Origin: Entomortierella parvispora E1425
Lineage: Eukaryota; Fungi; Mortierellomycota
Length of the DNA: 64,000 nt
Assembly: GCA_020891255.1 (NCBI GenBank)
Contig: BQFW01000015.1
Span: forward strand, 2,108,001 to 2,172,000
Direction of reading: 5' to 3'
How positions within the stretch are numbered: the stretch's first letter is position 1; each line of letters opens with the position of its first letter. Below are positions 28,404-38,778 of the stretch, in pieces. A program made the position numbers and the translations under genes. The notes below the pieces were generated by a model that was given only the letters and a program-made list of their open reading frames with translations, searched no databases and was not told the origin of the DNA.

Positions 28404-28969
28404 CTTTTGCCTTTTGTCCGCCTTGTTTTTCTTTTTTTGTTTTGCTCGGCGCGAACATCTTCTTTGGGTATAGGGTTATAGGGTATAGAAACCACGCATG
28501 TAAGGAGTGGGTTCTCGGGGGCCTGGTTCTTCTGTTTTGGATATGAGAGTGGAAGCACACCGAATACAAGGTATTATTACTTCTACCGTACTTGGTGGAG
28601 TAAGGTCAATAGTATTGAACACGTCGTCAACTAACAGTAACCAAGAGAACATGAACTAAAGGCAGGAGACAAGTTTCAAGCTAATGAAACGTCTACGCGC
28701 CAGGACGCGTTTCAATTGTAACTATCTCACGAAGGATGAGCAGTACTTGTCAAGTCCAGGCGTGAGAAGTACAGTACAACGTGGTATTTTTTTATTACTG
28801 CTAAGATATCGAGTAGGGTATGATAGAGCAAGGACTGGATACGAGGTAGTTCAGATGTATGTATGTAAGGGTATTGGTGTGCAGTTTTGATATCATTGCG
28901 GCGATTTGTCAGGACGCGTCTCGACTATTTTTCCTCTTTTTTTTTTTTGCCCTCTCTTTTGCTTCCAGT

Positions 28970-31773
28970 TTAATCCCTCTTGCGACCCAAGCCCAAACTC
29001 AAAACAACGACTGCAGCCGAGACAACGACCGTGGTCTTGCAGAAACTCCACAAGAGGTTCGGGTACTTCTCTGGTGGTTGCAGACCCTTCCTTTCCTCCT
29101 CGCTCCTCGATCGATCGTGTCTTGCTTCGACCATAGAAGATCCCATAGACGATAGGGACGAGGATGATGAATACCGAGATGACCTCAAAGAAGAGTGATC
29201 ATCCAACACATCAAAAGTTTCATGCTCATTCGCCTCAGCCTCCTGCTCTTGTTTGGATTCGTGGGCTACGATCGCAGCCTCTAGGCTACGCGTGGTGTCG
29301 GCCTCGTAGGAAACTCGAGTGAAAGGCGAAGATTCGGTGCGGGGTGTGAGCAAAGCAAAGGTGCCCATAAACGTCGAGGGTAGCTCCTTGGAAAAGCTGG
29401 ACTCGCTGTCACTCTCTGGTGACATCATGCCAACTGGAGTCTCCATGTCTTTGTCAGCATCCGCCAGAGGCACACTCGTAGGTGTCAGTGGTGGCGAGAG
29501 CAATCTAACGCCGGTGGCCAAGGTCGTGGCATCCGTCAAGATCTGCATGGACGAGGGTGTGGTTCTTGGATCTTGGATCTCTTCTTCTTCCAATACGGAT
29601 GTCGTCGTTGTTGTGTGCGTGTGCTCCTCGGGATCAGCCGCCGCCAGCAACACAAAGGCTGAAGAGGTTGGCACAGCCTCGACTTCGGGCTCATCGACAT
29701 CGACTGGAAGTGACTTGGACTCGATCTCGACAGCCTCTTCCGACTCCTTATTCTCATTCTCGACCTCCTCGACCTCGACTGTGTGACCAATGGTGTGGTT
29801 TTGATCGTGATCGGCAGCTAGATCGTGTGCATGCATACCCAAAAGAAGACAAGTAAATAAATAAATCCCCAACAACATTGAGGCGCTTATCATCATGACC
29901 CCTCTTCCTCATCCCCCACAACCATAGGCTACTGGGGACAACAATGAATCATGTCTATGTGTGTGTAAATGTGTGCATGTGGTTGAAGTTGTTGACACCA
30001 TCCACCCAAAAAAAAAAAGAAAAGAAAAAAAGAAGGGTCTCTTTCATTTGCCCTTTGCTTACCTGGCGCTTCGGATGTGATTTCGTCTTGGTCATCCTCT
30101 TCGTCTTCCGAAAGGGCTTGGCTCTTTGATCGTCCCTCACCATCGCTCAAATCATCTCGTTCCTCAAAGAGCAGGACGGCTTCATACGTTTCCTTGGCCT
30201 TGGCTGGTCGCGGAACAACAGCAACAGCAGCCATAGACACCTCATTTGAGCTCTGATCTGGGATATCTTTTGTCTCCTCATCCATAATAACTTCCATCTT
30301 CTCGTCCTCCTTCTCCTTCTCTTCCTTGTGTTCTGAAATTTCGACCACAGGGATGGGCAAAGGCTTTGAGTAAACCGAGGACTCGGCCGTACTAGAGCTT
30401 CGACTCCGGTTAAGCAACTCGTGTGTGGTATCCAGAGTCGGGTTCTGCTCCATCAGTACTACCACCAACTCATGGTTCCAATGACCATGGCCATCATGGA
30501 CCTGGGGTCGCTGGGGATCACATAACCATTCATCATCAACCACAAACTTGTACTGATATCGATATTCCTTGCTCAAGGGCAAGGGCATGCCGTCTTTGCT
30601 TTGGTGATGGTAGGCAGTGTCCTCGTGTTTGTGAATAGAGTTGATGTGTTCAGCGCTGTTATTTTTGTCATGGGTCGGTGGCGAGGTTGTGGAGGAAGAA
30701 GAGGAGGAGCGGGCTCGACCAAAGAACCGTCGGATCCTCTGACGCTTCGAAATCCGAGTTGGAGCAGTGGTTGTCGCGGAGTGACTTTCTTCCTCGTGGT
30801 GGTGTTCCTCAGGAGGGTGGTCCAAGAGTTCGTGATGAAGGTAACCGTCCTCATCCAGATAATCCGAGATGTCTTCCAACTCTTGGACGTTCAGGGTGAT
30901 CTCGAAGGTGTCTGTCTCAGGGATGTGGGTCATAGGCAGCTTCTCCCAAGGCTGATGCCCAGGAACCGTCCAGGTACCAGCGATAAAGACATTGTGGCTC
31001 GGGACAGGGTGAGGGAAGGCGATGTGAATATCGTGCTGAGGAACCATCAGGATGGCGTGGTGGGGGTGAGGGTCAGGTTTGTGGACAGGGGAAGACAAAG
31101 AAGAGGAAGAATTGGTACGAAGATGGGGGGGAAGAGAGGAAGAGATCGAGTCCAGTGACGCGGTTGCGTTGCCTTGCTGCTTCCGTCTCTTGAGGAACGA
31201 AGGCGTGTGCAGGGGGAGAGAGGGCAGACGGATGTGATGATGATGATGGCTGTGGTTCGAGGGGGTTGAACTGTCGACGCTGTTTTTGCTTTTGTTGCTT
31301 TTGGTGCTGTTGACGCTGGCAGAGCTGCTGCTACGTCCTCGACCTGTCGTCGACGTGGCGGTGGTGGTTGTGGTGTTGGTGCTGCCAAGGAAAGCGCCTG
31401 TCGTCATCAGGCTGGTGCTGATCATTCTGCTAATATCCTTGTATTCCTTGTTGTTATTGTTGTGAAGGACTGAGCTTTGGGCACTGGATTTGCTGTGCAG
31501 ACTTGAGCTGCTGACAGTACTGTTGCCAGTACTAGCCCTCTTGGCCGAGGAGGCAGAGGAGAACAAAGACTTTTCCGCAATGTTGCGATCATGCGTCGAG
31601 GTTGGTGCAGCTGCATTTGCAGGAGTTGCAGTAGTAGAGGAAGAAGGAGAGGAAGGCGATGACGAGGAGAGCTTTTGTTTGTTGGCTTTTGAACCTTTGC
31701 CGCCGCTGGAAAGTTTGTCGTTCTCGAATGACTTGTCCAGGTGGGCCAGGGCTTGACCTCTGATGCCAGCCAT
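28970..31773 (-). CDS. Tail-anchored protein with a split AMPK-beta-type glycogen-binding (CBM48) domain; 2 exons (31773-30063, 29817-28970), 852 aa
   Basis: The two listed ORFs (29929-31773 and 28970-29896) join in frame through a GT-AG intron at 29818-30062 (CCA G|CT GCC GAT; 2559 nt = 853 codons). CBM48 halves are NVFIAGTW...WEKLPM...TFEITL and YQYKFVVDDEWLCDP...GHWNH. C-terminal hydrophobic segment VVVSAAVVVLSLGLG followed by RKRD*. Confidence 0.8.
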
Positions 31774-33174
31774 TGGTTTCTTTTGTGAAAGGGGGTGTGG
31801 GAGAGGGAGGCTATGGGAAGAAGGTCAATTGAAAGCGTTGCTGGGCGCAGATCAAGGTCTTTGAGTGAAGGAAGTTGAAGGACACGGAAACAAGAGAGAA
31901 AAGAGAAAGAGGGGAGTAAGAGGTGCCTTTGGTCCTTTTGTAGGTGTTTCCAACAGGAGAGGGAGACCGGAGTGCTTTTGGACTAGAGTGTCAGACTCCA
32001 GATAATCTGTTCGCACGAGAGAGACCTCCCGGTCCTGAAGCGCCATCCCGCAATCTTCTCCTCAAAGGTGGCAGGGGCCAGCCAGAGGTCCACTTCCTTT
32101 TTTTTTCTCTCTCTCTCGCAGGGACCGCTCGCGCGTTTTCTATCATGTCCTTTTTTTTTTTTTGCTGTTGCAATGGATTCGTTCGATTTTATTCTTGCCT
32201 AAGCAATTGTAAAAAAAGAGCAGAAAATAGATAGGGGAAGGGGGAAGGAAATGAACGCAATAGTGCATCCATGCTTTCTTTCCCGACAGGTCCAGAGATC
32301 CAATCTCACTCACAAACGACGGTTGCCCACCACTTGGGTTCTCACTCATTCGCCCTCCCCGTGTCGGACAATGCAAAGAACACGAAACTATAAAAAGAGG
32401 ACCAGATGCTCACCTCCAGAGGATGGATTCAGTGGTTCCTGAATCGACCATGGTCTTCTTATCTCCGGACACAGGGCAGGCTTTGCATGAAAAAAAAAAA
32501 AAGATGAAATCGACCTGACATAAAAGAGTAGCTCCTCAGAGTTCGGCTTTTCGCAATGTCGTGCTTTTTCGCGGGATGTGGGTATGTTTACGTGTCAATA
32601 TTTCTTCTCCACATTTTGGTTCAAAGCAGATCCCCACTTCTCCACACGACGGGCATGGAGAGACACCCTTGCAGGGATGATGGTCCATCGTAGCAAACAC
32701 GAGGGCTTGTGCAAATATTTCCTTTCTCTCTTTTTTCTTTGGACGCAGCTTCCCTGGTCAGTAATGGGTTCCCAGGCCTGGACTCTTGCCCTGAAAGTAA
32801 CCAATTTTTCTTCTTTTTTAGGTCCAGCTGGGAAGAGGAAAACGAGAGGAAGGATGGCGCGGGGCAAAGTCGTTCTCACACTCACATGCAAAAAGTGACA
32901 GTGAAAGCGCTTTGATCAGGCTGTGTTTTTCTTCCCATTCAATTTTAGTTCAAGCTCTTTGCTTCATAATACCGTTTTTTTCTCTCTCTTTCTTTCTTGT
33001 GTTTGTTTAGGTTCCGTGCATGGACCATGGTCCAATTGCATTCTCCCCGCCCCCGTGCGGCCAAGGATACAAAGTCGATTTTGTTTTATTCAAAGGGTAG
33101 AGTCACCCAGCGCCGCCGTTGGAAAAAAAAAAAAAACAAAAAAAAAAAAAAAAAAGAGCCGAGGCCCTTGCTCA

Positions 33175-35976
33175 TCAACTGTTTTTGAGTTGCATGATTC
33201 TGTGGCAGATCTCCTCTGTGGAAAGAAAGATTGAAGAGAACATGTGTTAGCTAGTCTGTATGCATGGAATCGAAACAATCTCCACATCCTCTCACGCTTT
33301 CATCCAGAAGCTCCACAAGGAGATAGAAGTGACACTTACGTGCTTGTTGTGGACTCTTCGCCTCAAACTCGTACGTCTTCTTCTCGATCCCCTCCCGAAT
33401 GACTGATAGTTTGAAGTGACTTGGCGCTTTGCGTCCTTGCCGGCAGTCATAAATGGTGTTCTTCAAGTAAGACGCCGTCTTGCCTGAATCAAAGAGTAGC
33501 GTCCTTGTCGAAGAAGGCATGATCCGGATGTAGTCACCATCAATCGCCAACACCTGTTCATGCCGTCCGACATAACCACCCCGGCGCTTGCGATTCAGCG
33601 TGTACTCACGATACACCTCTGTCGAAGTCAGATAAGAGATGCTCGAACCTGGAATATCTGTGATTGCATTGCGACCGAACCGTGCTTGTTTCGCAGTAAA
33701 GCTAGACTCTGCTGGAACTAATAAGAGAAGATTACCAAACACATCAGCGTCCACAGGTGGTCAGTAACTGATAAGTAGATTTTACTATCGTAACATCGTG
33801 AGAAAGTCCCAACATCTTTGCAAGGCTGGGGGTTATCATCATTCTTTGCTTACTGCTGGATTTAGGGACCAATGCTAGTTCAGTCGAGTTTGAGATGTCT
33901 TCAGCCGCACCATCCAGAGGCAAGACATGTTGGGAGTCTGCGACGATCAAGGACCATTCATCCGGGTTCATCTTGCGTTTTCCACAGATATAGTTGATGA
34001 TTCCCGAGACCAACATCTTTGGAAGGATTTCGACCGTTGTCGTATGTTTGACCTCATGGTTTGTATGAAGTCGCACCCGGACATAATGTTGGGTGCTTGC
34101 CAGAAGAGGGTCCACACGAGGGGGAGGCACAACGACATGTGCACTCGAACCCGCGCCGATCGTTCCACTACCATTGTTCCCAGCGCCAGAAAGTTGTCCC
34201 GATAAAGCTCCGACATTTGGGACTCCATGTGCTACGGAATCGAGCGGTGCACTTCCATTTGCACTCAAACTCTGATCTCCTGCGATACCAGATCCATTCT
34301 GTGGTTGATCCAATGAATCCACAGCTGACGCAGCCGATGGTATCCTCTGTTGTCTTTTTGGCCGTGTGAGAGTCCGTCCTGACTTTGCATAGAGGTTCTC
34401 GTTAATTTGAACTTGAGCAGCGGTCGCTTCACAAAGAGCAAATTGGTTCATGGCAAACCGCTGGTTCATAGAGAATCGTCCAATCTTTAGTGTTCGGTCC
34501 ACAGCTAGTCAATTGAACAAAGAACATGAGCTGGTTAGCCTCACAAGCGCTATGAAGCAATGTAATATGGTGAGTCGTATCGTTGTATACACCACTAATT
34601 ACCTGGTAAATCATCGTCAATTTCGCCATCGTCCTCTACAATACGAAGGTTCCATTGAACAACGGTAGATAGTTCATCACTAAGAGCCGGTGTCCGACCC
34701 TCATGGTAGTATTGGTATAGAATATAGCCAATGACATCCTCTACAGATGCTTCTCGCTTTACGACCACCTGCATGGGATCCTTGGGTTTGTCGCTGTTAG
34801 GCAAATAAATCTTTAGCTGTACAGGTGTCGTCTCGCCCATGCCTGCGACCCGAAGGAATTCCTCCGCAAACGGATTGTCCTCTCTTGACTTTTGTTGGAT
34901 GATGAGCTTGGTCAGCAATGACACTGGTGGTGGTTGGTTCAGCTGCACAGGTTCTACCAACATGGATGTAATAGGCGCCATCGATTTGCTGGGGGGTGGA
35001 GGCGGAGTCGTAGGTCGTGCTCGTCCAGGTGACATCAGGGTATTCATAGACGGTGCAGAGTCTCTCATTATCCGTGCCATGGTTGTGGAGTCTGCTGGTG
35101 AGAGGTCAATGGGTGAGTTCATGGAGTCGATAGTGACATCGCCAATGTCAACCTCCACCTCGGGCGTCTCTCCCTCTGCGACTGTTGATTCTGTCGAGTC
35201 CAGCTGTGATTGTGCCAAGGCAATGGTGGCTGCAACCTGTTTCTGTTGTGTTTGGGTATCTTCTGCAATCGTGACAGATCCTGGTCTAGAAGGAGTGGTG
35301 ACAAAGATGCCAGGAGCGTGGCTGCCTCCAACATGCGTGGGTATTGCCACCTTGGGAAACATTCTTGGTGGCGATTTTCTATTCATTAGCGTTCAAAGTA
35401 GACGTCAATACCAACGGTTGTGCACAAAATTAAAGCTGCAAAGAACATCAGGATATCCACTTACACTGGTTCTTCGTCGTCTATGTCAATATCGTCGTCG
35501 CTCTCCATGCTTGCCACAGCCATCGGGATAGGCACGCGTACAGCTGGCACAGGTGCTGGTTGCATTGGGAAAGCGTTTGAGGACCCGCCTTCAATGCCTC
35601 CTCTCCCGAGTCCTGCAGCAGCGGCAGCAGCGGCGGCCTGAGCAGCCACAATCCGGCGTCGGTCATACTTGCCTCTTCCTGCATAGGGAGCTTTCCCTTG
35701 AGCTGTGGTTGAGGAGGAAGTGGCACTGGCGTCTGGTAGGGTACTGCGTGAGTCTGAGAGTAACGAACTGTTGCTGAGCATCATGTAGTCATGGCTGATG
35801 TTGGGCGAGTAGCAGTACTGCATCTCGACAAAGACGGGGCCCGCGGCCTTGATGTATTCATTTGAGAGCAGCTGTGGTGGGAAAGTGATGACTTTGTCCG
35901 AGGTGCGGTCGTCCAGCCGCAAGTTGCTCAGACGCAGGTTGTGGACGATATAAGATGGGTCTGCCAAAACGGACAT
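33175..35976 (-). CDS. AVO1: TORC2 subunit Sin1/Avo1 (CRIM, RBD-like and PH domains; 5 exons)
   Basis: N-terminal MSVLADPSYIVHNLRL (SIN1-N). CRIM domain SLLTKLI...DNPFAEEF...LKIYLP...VEDVIGYILYQY...WNLRIVEDDGEIDDDLPAVDR. PH domain YREYTLNRK...RHEQVLAIDGDYIRIMP...YEFEA. Last exon EICHRIMQLKNS*. Confidence 0.93.
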
Positions 35977-36321
35977 TTTTGATGATGGAGCGGGTATGGG
36001 GCGGACTAAATACAGAGGATAAATGGGATAGTATATACAAATGAGAAGGGAGGAGAAGAGAAAGAAAAGAAAGTGGAAGGAAACAGAGTCGAGAAGGAGC
36101 AGAGGGAGGGTCAGGGAAGGAGGCAGGTGAGCGACAAGGAGAAAAGAGCAGACAAAAGACATGGCATTCATGGTGCATGCATGCGCGCCTGCCATCCCGT
36201 GACCGCATCGGTGACTGCTCTTCCCATGTCAACATTGCTTCCTCTCCTTGGCCCACCTTCTCTTTTATCCTTCCCAGCTTTCCCCTGCTGCTTCTTCCAT
36301 TCCTCAAAGGTCTCATTCACC

Positions 36322-38562
36322 ATGCAGCGCCACTGCCAGGCACTCTTCAGGACAGGACTCCGTGCCTCAAGATCGTCCCGCCAATGTCCATGTCCCAACA
36401 CCAATTCCCACTGGACCCTTGGTTCGTCTTCGCCTTTGTCGTCGTCGCAGACCCTCCCTGCCCGCTCAATAGGCCGCTCCCCTCGATTCTCGACCTCAGC
36501 TCTGACCCAGGCTATTCGCACCATGACCTTTGAAGATCTGGATGAAGATCCTACCCCCACGAAAAACAAAACCAAAAAGCCCGCTTCCTCTTCTTCAATA
36601 CGAAAGTCTTCCTCTACTCCTTCCTCCATCAACACCGATCCTGCTTCAACACCAGAAACGTCTTCAACCTCTTCTTCCTCCACATCCTCCTCGGAAATTG
36701 AATACGATCCTCAAATCTATGGACCCGACTACCCCAACAACGCGCCCGAGCCCATTCGAAAGTGGCGTGACCAATACGAAGCCCTGCGATCGTCCCCTCA
36801 ACCCTCCAATCTACAGGAACAGGAGCAGCTCTTAGCCGGCTACCGGAAATTGGCTGACGATCCTGTAACGCTGGCCCAACTGCAACCGGTCGATTTCATG
36901 ATTGCACTCAACGCTCTTCGGGATCATTACAGGGTCATCCCTAAGATGCGGCGGATCCTGGCCGATGTGGCCAAGACGCGCCACTCCAAAGTGCCTGAGA
37001 TCTACCATGTCCTCCTCAAAGCCTATTTCAAACTCTCGGATTTCAGGAGCTGTGGCAACCTCCTGGAGTCAATGCAGAAAGACGAAATCCCATATGTAGG
37101 GACGACCTATCATATCATGTTGGATGTCTGTAAACACGAGAGTCACCTGCAAAAGGCCCGGTCGTTGTTACAGGAGATGCGGGAAAAGAAGATTGCGCCC
37201 ACCAGCGCCACCTATCTTTTGATGATCTCGATCTGTGGTCGGGCCAAGAAACCATATCTGGCTAGGGAGTACTTTGAGGAGATGCCACTCTTTGAGTTGG
37301 ATCGGGATATCACCCATTACAATGCCCTTTTGAACGCGTATACTTTGGCCAAGGATTTGGCTGGAGCTCACAAGGTCTTTGAGGAGATGGAGGAGGACGG
37401 GATTCAACCCGACCAATATACCTATTCTTCGTTGGTCAAGGTCTTGAAATCCAACAGGCGTCACCATGAAGCCCAGAAACTTGTCCAGGATATGGAAGAG
37501 AAAGGCATCAAGGCCAACGTTCAAATATTGTCCGCCCTGGGAATGAATCCAGAAGAGATTCTAGAAAAATATATCCAGGACCGTCAGGACAAGGATCACA
37601 AAGGACAGAAAAAGGACATCGTTCGACAGGACTACAGGGGACAAAAGAAGGGCAACAAATTACCGAGTCAAGAAATGGCAGAAATTAGTCGACACGATTT
37701 TAATATGCTCATCATCCGATCCATCCGCTTGAACCGGTTTTCGCAGACACCGTTGCTCATGGAGGAGATGGCGAGGCAGGGTCATCGGCCGGACATGTTC
37801 ACGTTCACAGCCATGATTGATGCCAACATAAAGATGAACAAGTATCCAGAAGCCAAGGCTATCTTCAATGCTATGAAGAGCGCCAATATTCAGCCGGACG
37901 TGATCGCGTATTCGGCCTTGATCGCCGGCGCGCTTTCCCAAGTCAGTGTGCACGAGTCCATGGAGATCCTCAAGACCATGGTCGTGAACGATGGACTCCT
38001 TCCCAACCGACACACCTTCAACTCCTTGTTGTCGGCCAGTGTGGGCGAGGTCGACGTGAACGCGTTCAAGGTGATCCGCAAGACCATGGACGCCCTCCGG
38101 ATTCGACCCGATCAGAGATCTTTCAACGCCCTGTTGGCTGCCTATGCGCTCAAGGGGGATTTGGACGAGATGATCCAGACCTTTGATGATATGACGTACT
38201 CTCGTGTCCCGCCAGACGCGTTGTCGTATTCCATCTTGATCTCAGGTTACCTCCAGAACGGTGATCTGAGATATTCCATGGAGTGGTACTACAAAATGAT
38301 GGAGCGTGGATTTGTTCCGGCCGCGTTCCTGATCAATAATCTCATGGCGGCCTTGCATGGGTCTGGTCAGGGTGAGCAGGTCCTTGTACTGTGGAACGAG
38401 ATGAGTCGAATGGATATTCGAAAGAACGAACAGTCTTATGAGATTGTGCTCGAGACCTGCGAAAAGTATGGACTGGACGACGCCCGCAAGCAGATCGAAT
38501 GGGACTTTCAGCACTTCCTGGCTCGACAGAGTCTTCCCAACCATTCCAAAGACTTGAACTAG
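36322..38562 (+). CDS. P-class pentatricopeptide repeat protein, predicted mitochondrial, intronless
   Basis: About 14 tandem 35-aa repeats (e.g. ITHYNALLNAYTLAKDLAGAHKVFEEMEEDGIQPD). The Arg/Ser-rich, acid-free N-terminus MQRHCQALFRTGLRASRSSRQ resembles a mitochondrial presequence. The upstream ORF extension from 36073 is promoter-like sequence. Confidence 0.92.
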   Translation: MQRHCQALFRTGLRASRSSRQCPCPNTNSHWTLGSSSPLSSSQTLPARSIGRSPRFSTSALTQAIRTMTFEDLDEDPTPTKNKTKKPASSSSIRKSSSTPSSINTDPASTPETSSTSSSSTSSSEIEYDPQIYGPDYPNNAPEPIRKWRDQYEALRSSPQPSNLQEQEQLLAGYRKLADDPVTLAQLQPVDFMIALNALRDHYRVIPKMRRILADVAKTRHSKVPEIYHVLLKAYFKLSDFRSCGNLLESMQKDEIPYVGTTYHIMLDVCKHESHLQKARSLLQEMREKKIAPTSATYLLMISICGRAKKPYLAREYFEEMPLFELDRDITHYNALLNAYTLAKDLAGAHKVFEEMEEDGIQPDQYTYSSLVKVLKSNRRHHEAQKLVQDMEEKGIKANVQILSALGMNPEEILEKYIQDRQDKDHKGQKKDIVRQDYRGQKKGNKLPSQEMAEISRHDFNMLIIRSIRLNRFSQTPLLMEEMARQGHRPDMFTFTAMIDANIKMNKYPEAKAIFNAMKSANIQPDVIAYSALIAGALSQVSVHESMEILKTMVVNDGLLPNRHTFNSLLSASVGEVDVNAFKVIRKTMDALRIRPDQRSFNALLAAYALKGDLDEMIQTFDDMTYSRVPPDALSYSILISGYLQNGDLRYSMEWYYKMMERGFVPAAFLINNLMAALHGSGQGEQVLVLWNEMSRMDIRKNEQSYEIVLETCEKYGLDDARKQIEWDFQHFLARQSLPNHSKDLN

Positions 38563-38778
38563 ATCCCATACATGTACAATAGCAATATAGATTTTTTTTT
38601 TGCTTTTTTTTGGTCTTTTATTGTTTTCAAGCGAAATTATATCACTTGTCTATGGGTAAGAAAGATGTATGGTTGCCGGTATCCATGAGTATCGACGAGA
38701 GAAGGAGAGGGAGAAAGAGAGAGAGAGACGGAATGAATGAGAACTGAAGACACAGCATGGGCACCATGGACAACTTGA

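Noticed and set aside
28466-28488. GGGTATAGGGTTATAGGGTATAG, resembling degenerate telomeric TTAGGG repeats
   Set aside because: Only three imperfect units with no perfect TTAGGG array, which is compatible with chance or slippage.
36073-36321. 83-aa N-terminal extension of the PPR ORF
   Set aside because: It overlaps the GA-rich SIN1 leader. The ATG at 36322 follows a CT-rich leader and starts a presequence-like peptide.
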